Source: Desulfobacterales bacterium (GTDB lineage: Bacteria; Desulfobacterota; Desulfobacteria; Desulfobacterales; UBA5852). Taken from it: a stretch of 64,000 nucleotides of DNA. The position numbers and the translations under genes were made by a program. This document shows positions 63,807 through 64,000 of the stretch, piece after piece. The notes beneath the pieces are model-generated. The model was given only the letters and a program-made list of their open reading frames with translations, was not told where the DNA came from and ran no database searches. The DNA lies in NCBI GenBank assembly GCA_963674755.2, contig CAXXVS010000003.1, forward strand, positions 320,001 to 384,000. The letters run 5' to 3'. Numbering within the stretch: position 1 is the stretch's first letter; every line of letters starts with the position of its first letter.

Positions 63807-64000
63807 ATGACGGAAGACAGCAAGCGGACCCGCGCCATCGAAAAGCGGGCCCGTCAAACCACCCCCCGCTGGGGGCGTCGTATTTTTTTCTGGCTGGTGG
63901 GCCTAACGGCGGTTACCGGCGTTGTCGGCGCCATTGCCGCGGCCGGATTCTTTTTTTACTTGATCGAAGACCTTCCCAAAATCACCACCCTGGCCGATTA
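63807..64000 (+). CDS. Probable penicillin-binding protein 1A, N-terminus only (truncated by window edge)
   Basis: Basic N-tail and single TM, then DLPKITTLAD typical of class A PBPs. Confidence 0.6.
   Translation, partial: MTEDSKRTRAIEKRARQTTPRWGRRIFFWLVGLTAVTGVVGAIAAAGFFFYLIEDLPKITTLAD

Overview
A 64-kb chromosomal window from a GC-rich anaerobic deltaproteobacterium. Gene content (HdrB-like CCG protein, OadG/OadB, archaeal-type ThyA, a selenoprotein) suggests Desulfobacterales; this is inference. From left to right it holds: glpK; ilvE; a 13.5-kb co-oriented glycogen cluster; a solo dnaK; trxB-like; proC; a Sec-containing DsbA/FrnE protein missed by the ORF track; an EndoQ-UvrD fusion; a rearranged replication-origin region; a triple-rubredoxin membrane protein; oadGB; a purine-nucleoside ABC operon with gpt; and a hisI-hisG-aminotransferase-engB-era-ATP-grasp-HNH operon. 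The glycogen cluster lacks glgC, glgX and malQ. It instead has a eukaryote-type UDP-glucose pyrophosphorylase, a GH13+GH133 bifunctional debranching-like enzyme and a GBE1-like branching enzyme. The origin region contains an RdgC-like gene pair, a DnaA-box-like/AT-rich oriC candidate, dnaN, gyrB and thyA; further on lie rpmH-rnpA-yidD-yidC-jag-mnmE and a perfect parS. dnaA, recF, gyrA, mnmG and parAB are absent from the window. One 563-bp tnpA-only IS200/IS605 element has base-resolvable ends. I saw no rRNA, tRNA or CRISPR array. All calls come from motif recognition by eye; no database searches were run.
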